NCBI GenBank assembly: GCA_964621085.1
Contig: CAZUKY010000002.1
Location: 22,637-86,636 of the forward strand
Direction: 5' to 3'
Length of the DNA: 64,000 nucleotides
Source: an uncultured Gammaproteobacteria bacterium
Lineage (GTDB): Bacteria > Patescibacteriota > Patescibacteriia > JACQRZ01
The notes beneath the pieces were generated by a model that made no database searches, had not been told where the DNA came from, and saw only the letters and a program-made list of their open reading frames with translations. Position numbers and translations under genes: made by a program. Positions 56,520 through 64,000 of the stretch are shown one piece after another. Positions within the stretch are counted from its first letter, which is position 1. Each line of letters starts with the position of its first letter.

Positions 56520-58070
56520 TTAGAGCTTTCCTGCTTGCAATACGGGCTCCTGATGGCGTCCGGTCGGGTCGGTATGGCCGCTGTTCAGAAGCTCGCCTGA
56601 GCGGATAAGCGCATTGCGGACCTCCTCGAGTTTTGCGTTGGGGTGCGACTTCAGGTAGAGGGCCGCAGCGCCCGCGACGTGCGGAGCTGCCATACTGGTG
56701 CCGTTCATTGCGCGGGTGCCGCCGCCTTTAACGGTGGATACCACATCAACGCCCGGCGCAGCGATATCGACAATGGATCCGTAGTTGCTGAAGAGCGCAA
56801 AGGTGTCATCTGCGCCTTGCCGCGACGAGGGACCGCGGCCGCCAGGAGCGCCATCGGTGTCGGTAAGTGCGGACACGGTGATAACGGCATCTTTGTAGTT
56901 TGCGGGCGATTCGGAGTCGGCGTTCTTGCTGCTGTTGCCGGCGGCAACCACGAAGGTGATGCCCTTGTCGCGCGCGCGGCAGATCGCCTGGTGAAGCGCG
57001 TCGTTGTTGGAGTATCCGCAGTTGTTGTCAGATCCCATGCCGGATCCGCCCAAACTCATGTTCGCGACTTTGATATTGTATTTCGCAGCATTTTCGGTCA
57101 TCCACTCGATGCCGCAGAGGATCGATGACCAGTCGCCCGAGCCGTCGGATTTGAGGACCTTGATTGGGATGATTTTTGCTTCCGGTGCGACGCCGACGAC
57201 CCCGGTGCTGTTGTTCAGCGCAGCGATCGTTCCGGCGACATGCGTGCCGTGGCCGTTGTCATCGGAGGGCGCGCCGCTGCCGACGCAGTTCTTGCCCGGA
57301 CCGAGGATATTGCCGGCAAGGTCGGGATGGGACATGTCAACGCCGCTATCTAAGACGGCAACACCGATAGTCGTACCTTTATTGGCGATTCCATTTGCGC
57401 CGACGCGCTTGATTCCGTATGGAATTTGCTGCCCACCGGGCTGGCTTGGCGGTTGGGGGGTGGGAAGTGGCGCTGGCGTCGGTGCGGGAGCAGGCGGCGT
57501 CGGGCGCGGTGTCGGCTGCGGTGCGGGAGTCGGCTGAGGCTTGGGAGCGGGTGCTGGGGTTGGCGTCGGCCGCGTTGGTGTGCCCGGCCACGGATAGTAC
57601 GGGTATCCAGGATAGTACGGATATCTCGGATATCCGGGGTAGAGATAGTACGGGGGTTGCCACCACCACCAGGACGCGCGGACGGACTCCTCGCGGACTG
57701 CAGGTGTTGCCGGGGATGGGAGGTTGTTTTCCGTCAGGTCGTACGCCTGCACCGTGTAATCGCGCGTCAGGAAGGCCACGTTCGGATCGTGGCGAAGAGA
57801 CGTGATATCCGAGACGTTCGTGAGGTCGGCCGCAAAGCCCTTGAAGGCAGAACGGTACGACTCGTACGGCGTAATGCCGCGGCGTTTTTCAGTCAGTTCT
57901 TTTGTATAGGTGTCCGGCGAGGAGACAGAGTCCTTGTAGACGACAATATAACGGCCGGTCTGCAGATCTTCGGGCAGTGTCAATGCTGAAGAGGGGAGAG
58001 GAAGGAGTGAGGAAAGGAAAATTCCCAGCACAAAAGCAACCAATGGCCGCAAGATTCGGTCATGATCCAT
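56520..58070 (-). CDS. Secreted subtilisin-like (S8) serine protease with I9 propeptide and Pro-rich linker
   Basis: Signal peptide. Pro/Thr-rich linker (PTPAPAPKPQPTPAPQPTPRPTPPAPAPTP). Catalytic motifs ..VAVLDSGVD.., ..GHGTHVAGTIAAL.., ..GTSMAAPHVAGAAAL... Confidence 0.85.
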   Translation of the reverse strand: MDHDRILRPLVAFVLGIFLSSLLPLPSSALTLPEDLQTGRYIVVYKDSVSSPDTYTKELTEKRRGITPYESYRSAFKGFAADLTNVSDITSLRHDPNVAFLTRDYTVQAYDLTENNLPSPATPAVREESVRASWWWWQPPYYLYPGYPRYPYYPGYPYYPWPGTPTRPTPTPAPAPKPQPTPAPQPTPRPTPPAPAPTPAPLPTPQPPSQPGGQQIPYGIKRVGANGIANKGTTIGVAVLDSGVDMSHPDLAGNILGPGKNCVGSGAPSDDNGHGTHVAGTIAALNNSTGVVGVAPEAKIIPIKVLKSDGSGDWSSILCGIEWMTENAAKYNIKVANMSLGGSGMGSDNNCGYSNNDALHQAICRARDKGITFVVAAGNSSKNADSESPANYKDAVITVSALTDTDGAPGGRGPSSRQGADDTFALFSNYGSIVDIAAPGVDVVSTVKGGGTRAMNGTSMAAPHVAGAAALYLKSHPNAKLEEVRNALIRSGELLNSGHTDPTGRHQEPVLQAGKL

Positions 58071-58450
58071 ATGAGATTTTATGGTTTAGTCGCGCGCATT
58101 TCCTGTTGGGAAAGGCGCTGCGGTCGGGCCAGTTTTGCGCGAAAGCTTTGGGATCGGGCCGCGTGAGAATGGATAATGAATAGAGAAACAAAATGCAGGC
58201 GTATTTCCTCTGAGACGTCCGAGGGCGAGGAAGGTGCGAGGGACAAAGCGACAAGCTCTTTATTTCCCTGTTCCTTATTCATTTTTTTGCGCATGCTCGG
58301 TCGGGATCCTATGCTTTTTGGGCAAGAGTTTTTCAACTCTCAGCCGTATCAGGCACAACCGCACGTCTGTATATACGCACTCAAGCCGTCGGCAAGTTTC
58401 TAGCGACGAGCTATTTCTTTCATGCCTTAAGGCGGGGAATGCGAGAAACC

Positions 58451-58479
58451 TTGACAATTTCGAGAAAATCGAGTATGAT
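58451..58479 (+). promoter_or_regulatory. Sigma70-type promoter (TTGACA-17-TATGAT)
   Basis: ttgaca(58451-56), 17 nt, tatgat(58474-79). An AAGGAGG RBS follows, then the ATG at 58500. Confidence 0.55.
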
Positions 58480-58499
58480 TTATGCTTGAAAAGGAGGTC

Positions 58500-58961
58500 A
58501 TGGTGGACGTGATTCTGCTGAGAGTGGACGACCTCGGAAGAGGACGCGGAAAGCCCTACCTGCATATTGCCGATCCCTGTGCGGTTCCCAGCGCCGAAGT
58601 GGTATGGGAGACTGCCGAACGCCACAATGCGATCGGCATGAAGGCCGATTCGCGCGTTGCGCTCGGCTTCGTGCTTGTGTGCCGTGTCCGTTTCGGCCAC
58701 TCGGGCGATGTACTGAGGCGCGTGGAGGAGTTGACGAGTGACGAACTCGCCGTCCGTCTCTCCGAGGAGCGGACAAGGGCTGTGCAAGCGGCCGAAGAAG
58801 CTCGTCGCGTGCGCGAACAAGAGGCCCAGAAAAGGGAAGCCGCCCACCAGGAAGCGCGCGAAATCGATGCGACGCTCCAGCAGTGGGAAGCGGGCGGCGC
58901 AGTGCGGGTCGTCCGACGGAACTCCAAATCCCCCAATAGTGGCGACCTTAAAAGGGGCTGA
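58500..58961 (+). CDS. Hypothetical protein with C-terminal coiled-coil (about 153 aa)
   Basis: Start chosen at the ATG preceded by AAGGAGG. The 58482 ATG overlaps the -10 element. C-terminus ..RAVQAAEEARRVREQEAQKREAAHQEAREIDATLQQWEAGG. Confidence 0.45.
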   Translation: MVDVILLRVDDLGRGRGKPYLHIADPCAVPSAEVVWETAERHNAIGMKADSRVALGFVLVCRVRFGHSGDVLRRVEELTSDELAVRLSEERTRAVQAAEEARRVREQEAQKREAAHQEAREIDATLQQWEAGGAVRVVRRNSKSPNSGDLKRG

Positions 58962-58990
58962 GACGTTCGTTCTCAGCCCCTTTCTCTATT
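58953..58990. terminator. Bidirectional terminator between the hypothetical gene (+) and clpP (-)
   Basis: 10-bp stem ggggctgaga / tctcagcccc with a 7-nt loop, followed by tttctctattttt. Confidence 0.7.
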
Positions 58991-59011
58991 TTTGTCGATT
59001 GTGTGCGAGAG

Positions 59012-59659
59012 TTATTCTGGTGCCACTGTCGGCGTGATGACTTTGTCAACGATGCCGTATTTGATCGCCTCGTCGGCGCCCATGAAGTAGTCGCGATCCG
59101 TATCCTTATGAATCCGTTCGATGTCCTGGCCGGTATGAAATGAGAGGATCTTGTCGAGCCGCTCCTTAGTCTTCCAGATGTGCTCAGTTCGGATCTTGAT
59201 GTCTGCGGCTTGCCCTTCGACGCCGCTCATGACTTGGTGAATCATCACCTCGGCATTCGGCAGGACGTATCGCTTGCCCTTTGCGCCGCTTGCCAAGAGG
59301 ATAGCGGCCATGGATGCGCAGATGCCGATGCCGATCGTCGCGACATCCGGCTTGATGTATTGCATGGTGTCATACATGGCAAGGCCCGCCGTCACCGAGC
59401 CGCCCGGAGAGTTGATGTAGAGCTTGATGTCGCGATCCTTGTCCTCGTTTTCCAGAAAAAGAAGCTGGGCAATGACGGTGTTTGCGACATTATCGTCGAT
59501 AGCGTCGCCCAAAAAAATGATTCGTTCCTTCAGGAGGCGGGAGTAGATGTCGTACGCGCGCTCGCCGCCCGCCGCTTTTTCGATGACTGTCGGAATCAGT
59601 TGATAGTTTTTCATATATGAATGCTCGAAATGTTTCTTTGATCGTGTATTTTCCATCAT
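59012..59659 (-). CDS. clpP: ATP-dependent Clp protease proteolytic subunit
   Basis: ..[68 protein letters not shown]. Confidence 0.9.
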   Translation of the reverse strand: MMENTRSKKHFEHSYMKNYQLIPTVIEKAAGGERAYDIYSRLLKERIIFLGDAIDDNVANTVIAQLLFLENEDKDRDIKLYINSPGGSVTAGLAMYDTMQYIKPDVATIGIGICASMAAILLASGAKGKRYVLPNAEVMIHQVMSGVEGQAADIKIRTEHIWKTKERLDKILSFHTGQDIERIHKDTDRDYFMGADEAIKYGIVDKVITPTVAPE

Positions 59660-60009
59660 CCTCCTGCGCCCCGTTCCTTGTCAAGTTCTTGGAAAATGTC
59701 ATCGATCTCATCCCGTTCGTCCGGATTGGGATCGATCGCAAAGGCAAGACGCGGAACATGTTGCATCGCGAGCGTGCGATTGAGAACGCGTTGGAGATGG
59801 CCGGCTTTTTTTCGAATAAGGCGGAGAACTTCGCCGGTTTTGTTCGTTGGCTGAACGACAAGAAGGATGTCGGTAGTGCGTCCGTCCGGTTGGGTACGGA
59901 CCTTTGTAATTGTGGCGATGCTGCCGATAGGAAACTCGAGTTCGCGGGAAAAAATCCCCCCGAGCTCCTGCCTGATCAGCTCGTTGATCTGTTCGACGCG
60001 CTTGCTCAT
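59656..60009 (-). CDS. rbfA: Ribosome-binding factor A
   Basis: [49 protein letters not shown].. 117 aa. Confidence 0.8.
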   Translation of the reverse strand: MSKRVEQINELIRQELGGIFSRELEFPIGSIATITKVRTQPDGRTTDILLVVQPTNKTGEVLRLIRKKAGHLQRVLNRTLAMQHVPRLAFAIDPNPDERDEIDDIFQELDKERGAGG

Positions 60010-60032
60010 AGGTGGAGAGGACTCGGAATCAG

Positions 60033-62021
60033 CTAGCTTTCAAGTGTCCGCTTGATCTTCTCTTCCTTGAACGTCTCCATGACATCTCCGACGGCCAAGG
60101 GTACTTTTCCCTCAAAACTCATGCCGAACTCCTGGCCTGACTTGACCGACGGAATCTCCTGCTTGCCGGATTGAAGCTTGATGATCTTGCCCTCCCCGAC
60201 CGACTGGCCATTGCGGAGAATGCGGGCGCGCATGCCGGGCTCTAATACCCCCTCAAGCGCGGAGCCGCCAACGATCATCGTAGATCCGTCGCTCCGGAAA
60301 AGAGCGAGGATTTTTGCGGAGCCGACGGTCGTGCGGGAGATCTCGGGCGAGAGAAGCGATTCCATTCGTTCTTTAACATCGTCAAGGAGCTCGTAAATGA
60401 TGCGGTAGGATTTTATTTCGACGCTTTTTTCGCCAGCCAGCTGTTCGGCTGACGGCGAGACATCGACATGGAAGCCGGCGATATACGAGCCGGTCGCCTC
60501 GGCCTTGAGAACATCCGCTGTCGTTACGGCGCCGAGATCTTTTGCGACGATTGTTACCTTGACCTCTTTTTGCTCAAGTTTGAGCAGCGCGTTTGCGATC
60601 GCTTCCAGCGATCCGAGGGTATCCGTTTTGAGGAGGAGATTCACCGATTTTGCCCCGTTTTTTTCGTGTTTCGGCGTGACAACGACCGACTGGGACGCCG
60701 TCCGTTTCGCTTTTTCGATGTCGCGGTCAAGGGTTTTTTCTGCCCGTACGATATACCCGACGACGGGCGCAGACTTGAATCCGATGATTTTGACGGGTTG
60801 GCTGGGCAGCGCGTGTTTTACCAGCTGCCCCCGGTAGTCGCGCATGGCGCGCACGCGGCCGTAATAGGTGTTGTCGATGATCAGATAGTCATTTTGTGCG
60901 AGCGTTCCGTTCTGGACGAGCACGGTCGCGAGCGGCCCTTCGTTTTTGTCTATGTGCGACTCAATGACCGTTGCCACCGTCGCACCATTGGGATTTGCAA
61001 CAATCTTATCCTGCTCCATTTCAGCAACAATCAAAATCACCTCTAAGAGATCGTCGAGCCCCGTTTTCGCCTTTGCCGATATGGGGACACATGTTGTTTT
61101 TCCACCCCAATCTTCCGGTATGAGGCCGTGGTCGGAGAGTTCACGCTTGACGCGGTCGATATTCGCATCAGGTTTGTCCATTTTGTTGATGGCGACGACC
61201 ATCGGCGTGCCGGCCGCCTGGATGATCTTGATTGCTTCGATGGTTTGCGGCTTGACGCCGTCGTCGGCGGCAACAACAAGAATGGCGATATCTGCAACCC
61301 GCGCTCCTCGGCTGCGCATTGTGGTGAACGCCTCGTGCCCCGGGGTGTCGAGAAAGGTGATGAGGTGCTGTTCGCCGGTTTTTTTCATGGTCGCACTGAC
61401 TTGGTATGCGCCGATATGCTGCGTAATGCCGCCAGACTCGCCCGCAACGACATTGGTCTGCCGCAGGGCATCCAGAAGCGTCGTCTTGCCGTGATCCACG
61501 TGCCCCATAACCACGATAATGGGCGGTCGGGGTGCGAGCGCTTCGCGGTCTTCATGTTCGATGATCTCGCGGATCGGGTCGGTGACGGCCGGTGTGGGAA
61601 GAGACTGGTCATCCGCGGATTTTTTTTGCGGCACAAAGCCCAAGTCCTCGGCAATGATGGCAGCGGTGTCGTAATCGATCTTTTCATTCAGTGCCGCGAG
61701 AATACCGTTATTCATGAGGGTTTGAATGAGCTTGGTGACCGGAATATTGAGAGCAACGGCAAAATCCCGCACCGTGATGACGGCGGGGAGGGTGACGACG
61801 GTCTTTTCTTTTGGAGCGACCTCTACCGCCTCTTCTGCGGAAGTTTCCGCCTTCGACGCGAGGAGATGCTGGTACCGCGGCCACTCGCGCAGCACCTTGA
61901 ACGCCGTCCGGTCATCGATCTTGATCGCCCGACGGCCGATATCGATGCCAATCTGCGGCAATACCTCGTGCAGCTGGTCTGTGGTGATCTTTAATTTTCG
62001 TGCAAGTTCTGAAACATTCAT
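60033..62021 (-). CDS. infB: Translation initiation factor IF-2 (short form)
   Basis: G-domain GHVDHGKTTLLDALR, ..FLDTPGHEAF.., ..NKMDK... Beta-barrel domains follow. 662 aa. Confidence 0.9.
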   Translation of the reverse strand: MNVSELARKLKITTDQLHEVLPQIGIDIGRRAIKIDDRTAFKVLREWPRYQHLLASKAETSAEEAVEVAPKEKTVVTLPAVITVRDFAVALNIPVTKLIQTLMNNGILAALNEKIDYDTAAIIAEDLGFVPQKKSADDQSLPTPAVTDPIREIIEHEDREALAPRPPIIVVMGHVDHGKTTLLDALRQTNVVAGESGGITQHIGAYQVSATMKKTGEQHLITFLDTPGHEAFTTMRSRGARVADIAILVVAADDGVKPQTIEAIKIIQAAGTPMVVAINKMDKPDANIDRVKRELSDHGLIPEDWGGKTTCVPISAKAKTGLDDLLEVILIVAEMEQDKIVANPNGATVATVIESHIDKNEGPLATVLVQNGTLAQNDYLIIDNTYYGRVRAMRDYRGQLVKHALPSQPVKIIGFKSAPVVGYIVRAEKTLDRDIEKAKRTASQSVVVTPKHEKNGAKSVNLLLKTDTLGSLEAIANALLKLEQKEVKVTIVAKDLGAVTTADVLKAEATGSYIAGFHVDVSPSAEQLAGEKSVEIKSYRIIYELLDDVKERMESLLSPEISRTTVGSAKILALFRSDGSTMIVGGSALEGVLEPGMRARILRNGQSVGEGKIIKLQSGKQEIPSVKSGQEFGMSFEGKVPLAVGDVMETFKEEKIKRTLES

Positions 62022-62121
62022 ACGGCGTAGTATTTATGAAAAATTCGAAAATGTCAATTATTTAAAGAAAAACTGTCGGTTGCCGTCGGGGCGCTTGCCT
62101 CATTTTGACAAAAACGGTAGC

Positions 62122-62466
62122 ATGAACGGTATTACAGATACGTACACTATGACTGACCAGGAAATTCTTGATTTGGATATCATTGCCGCGTTGGGGCTGG
62201 AGTACCTGACCGACCAGGAAAAAAAGGAAATCAAAGAGCGACTCGGATCCCTTGTTGAAAAAACGGTCGAGCTGCGGCTCTTGAACATGCTTTCCTCAGA
62301 TGCCATCTCTCAGGCACGAGAGATTATTGCGGAGAAGGGCGGGGAGTCGGAGGACTTGCTCCGATTTCTCCAATCTGTTATTCCGAATGCGGGGGACATC
62401 TACCAACAGGAGCTGATCTCAACAAAGCGAAATTTATTAGTCACCGTAATGCCGCAGGCGGCGTAG
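62122..62466 (+). CDS. Small acidic hypothetical protein
   Basis: ORF only (MNGITDTYTMTDQEILDLDIIAALGLEYLTDQEKKEIKERLGSL..). Alternative start at 62149. Confidence 0.35.
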   Translation: MNGITDTYTMTDQEILDLDIIAALGLEYLTDQEKKEIKERLGSLVEKTVELRLLNMLSSDAISQAREIIAEKGGESEDLLRFLQSVIPNAGDIYQQELISTKRNLLVTVMPQAA

Positions 62467-62470
62467 ATAT

Positions 62471-62653
62471 ATGGCTGTGGAGTCCAGAGAAATTCATCCG
62501 GTAAGCGTCGAGGATCTGCTCGATGTCTTCACGAGCAGGGAAGCAGAGCTCGAGCAAGGGTTGGAGAATTGGATGAAGAATGCCCAGGTGTCTGGCAGTG
62601 AGCGAGATGCGATGCGGGGCAGTCTGCGACGGCTGTGCGCCATGGAAAAATAG
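62471..62653 (+). CDS. Small hypothetical protein (60 aa)
   Basis: ORF lies 5 nt after the previous stop and is followed by a terminator. No motif recognised. Confidence 0.3.
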   Translation: MAVESREIHPVSVEDLLDVFTSREAELEQGLENWMKNAQVSGSERDAMRGSLRRLCAMEK

Positions 62654-62706
62654 TCCGCCCGCATCAAGGCACAGCACACGAACTGCCATTTTAGCTCAAA
62701 TATTGA

Positions 62707-62733
62707 AAAAACCTCCGAAATCGGAGGTTTTTT
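62707..62733. terminator. Bidirectional terminator between the small ORFs (+) and rplT (-)
   Basis: aaaacctccg / aaat / cggaggtttttt. Confidence 0.75.
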
Positions 62734-62745
62734 CGTCTTTGACTT

Positions 62746-63093
62746 TTATGCCTTCACTTTTTCGACGATCTTTGCGAACGCTGCGGGCTGTTCGCGGGCG
62801 ATTTCGGCAAGAATCTTGCGGTCAACGCCAACGTTCGCCTTTTTGAGTTTATCGATAAACGTGCTGTAGGTCATGCCCAGCTCCCGGACGGCAGCATTGA
62901 TCTGCATCTGCCAGAGAGAGCGGAAGGAGCGCTTTTTCGTCCGCCGGTCGCGATAGGCGTACACCCCTGCCTTGAGCATTGCCGGGCGGGCAAGTTTGAT
63001 CTTGTTTTTGCGGCCCCACTTGTAGCCTTTGACGGCGGCCATCAGTTTGCGGCGCTTCTTCAGGTGAATGACGCCCCTCTTTACGCGTGGCAT
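62746..63093 (-). CDS. rplT: 50S ribosomal protein L20
   Basis: MPRVKRGVIHLKKRRKLMAAVKGYKWGRKNK..AGVYAYRDRR..KR.FRSLWQMQINAAVR. Confidence 0.9.
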   Translation of the reverse strand: MPRVKRGVIHLKKRRKLMAAVKGYKWGRKNKIKLARPAMLKAGVYAYRDRRTKKRSFRSLWQMQINAAVRELGMTYSTFIDKLKKANVGVDRKILAEIAREQPAAFAKIVEKVKA

Positions 63094-63118
63094 ACGGTAG
63101 TATCAGTTTTTATTTAAA

Positions 63119-63316
63119 TTACAGAGTATTCGTCAAAACTTTCACGGTTTTTTGCAGCGACTTGGAAAGCGTCACATCGCGGCGCTTTTTGCGGGTGATC
63201 TTGCCGGAGCTGCGGGCGTTGAAGTGGTCTTGGCCGCAGTAGCGTTTTAGGACCTTTTTCGCCTTGGTTACCTTGAAGCGCTTTGCGCTCGCCTTGTGAG
63301 TCTTGTTTTTTGGCAT
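63119..63316 (-). CDS. rpmI: 50S ribosomal protein L35
   Basis: MPKNKTHKASAKRFKVTKAKKVLKR... 65 aa. Confidence 0.85.
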   Translation of the reverse strand: MPKNKTHKASAKRFKVTKAKKVLKRYCGQDHFNARSSGKITRKKRRDVTLSKSLQKTVKVLTNTL

Positions 63317-63335
63317 ATCAGATACATTAATGGAC

Positions 63336-63890
63336 CTATTTTTTCGTTCCGATGATGGTGCTCAACCGCCCTCCCTGGACGCTGATCGGCCCTTCCATGG
63401 CGGCCGGGACGTTCCGTTCGGCGAGCGTGGCGACGAAGTTTCCGATAATTTCCTTTGCAAGTTCCGTATGTTGGCGTTCGCGTCCGCGAAGAATCATCTC
63501 AAGCTTCACCTTGTCGTCTTCCTCCAAAAAGCGTTGCGCCTGCTTGAGGCGAACCTCCAAGTCATGCTGGCCGATCCGCAGTGAAAGGCGGATGCCTTTG
63601 ACCTCGGTCTTTTTCTGTCGCGCTTTTTGCTTGCGAAGCTCCTTTTCGAGGTTATATTTGAGCCGGCCGTAGTCCATGATCTTGCAGACCGGGGGTTGTG
63701 CCGTGGGCTCGATCTCGATCAGGTCGCACTCGAGCTCTTGAGCCCGGGCGAGCGCTTCTTCAAGCGGAACGACGCCGATATGGCCTTCTGTCTCGTCAAT
63801 AAGCCGGACCTCGGGAGCGGTAATGGCCCCATTGGTCCGATACTGCTTTTTCTGCTCGGTTGGTTTTGCTTTTCGGTAGTTTTTTCGCAT
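63336..63890 (-). CDS. infC: Translation initiation factor IF-3
   Basis: ..INGAITAPEVRLIDETEGHIGVVPLEEALARAQELECDLIEI..PPVCKIMDYGRLKY.. and the C-domain. True start is uncertain because infC often uses a non-ATG start. Coordinates begin at the MRKNYRK Met, and the ORF extends to 63947. Confidence 0.8.
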   Translation of the reverse strand: MRKNYRKAKPTEQKKQYRTNGAITAPEVRLIDETEGHIGVVPLEEALARAQELECDLIEIEPTAQPPVCKIMDYGRLKYNLEKELRKQKARQKKTEVKGIRLSLRIGQHDLEVRLKQAQRFLEEDDKVKLEMILRGRERQHTELAKEIIGNFVATLAERNVPAAMEGPISVQGGRLSTIIGTKK

Positions 63891-64000
63891 TGGATAGGTA
63901 AGGGTCAGAGGGTAAAGGGCGAAAGGGTCACAGGATTGCTGTTTCAAACCCTTTAACCCTTTGCCCCTTTACCGCTTTAATTTTGGTGGAGATGGCGGGA

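Overview
GC-rich bacterial window with compact housekeeping genes of reduced-genome (CPR/Patescibacteria-like) type. Recognised genes: type-2 ileS, ruvA, femAB-family transferase, rpoB-rpoC, ftsK, rodZ-like, recA, efp, rpsF-ssb-rpsR, UvrD-like helicase, Wzx/MurJ-like flippase, MgtE-like channel, SET-domain protein with a Kv-type K+ channel, hup, ymdB-rny, S8 protease, clpP, rbfA-infB, infC-rpmI-rplT, and three tRNAs (Arg-CCG, Arg-TCG, Lys-CTT). The first ~24 kb is an all-plus-strand accessory surface locus. It holds eight tandem paralogs of small secreted proteins whose conserved C-terminal two-helix core looks like VirB2/TrbC T4SS pilin, with variable N-termini and Cys-rich insertions in two of them. 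These are followed by a phage-tail-fibre-like protein (five GIGT motifs plus a C-terminal intramolecular-chaperone-like domain), a 1278-aa Cys-rich membrane-anchored protein, a 2847-aa giant protein of more than 20 tandem Ig-like domains with a Trp-rich C-terminus, and a 756-aa protein with four Gmad2-like repeats. No T4SS ATPase or coupling protein and no phage structural or replication genes are in the window. I propose this locus as a candidate undescribed cell-surface appendage or host-attachment system. Three of its transcription units share an unusual promoter architecture, TATCCCCA-N16-19-TGGTATAMT. Other points are a conserved ~95-110-nt non-coding element present in two copies (rpoB leader and rpsR/efp intergenic region), a low-GC two-gene membrane-protein islet, and a near-perfect 200-bp intragenic direct repeat.
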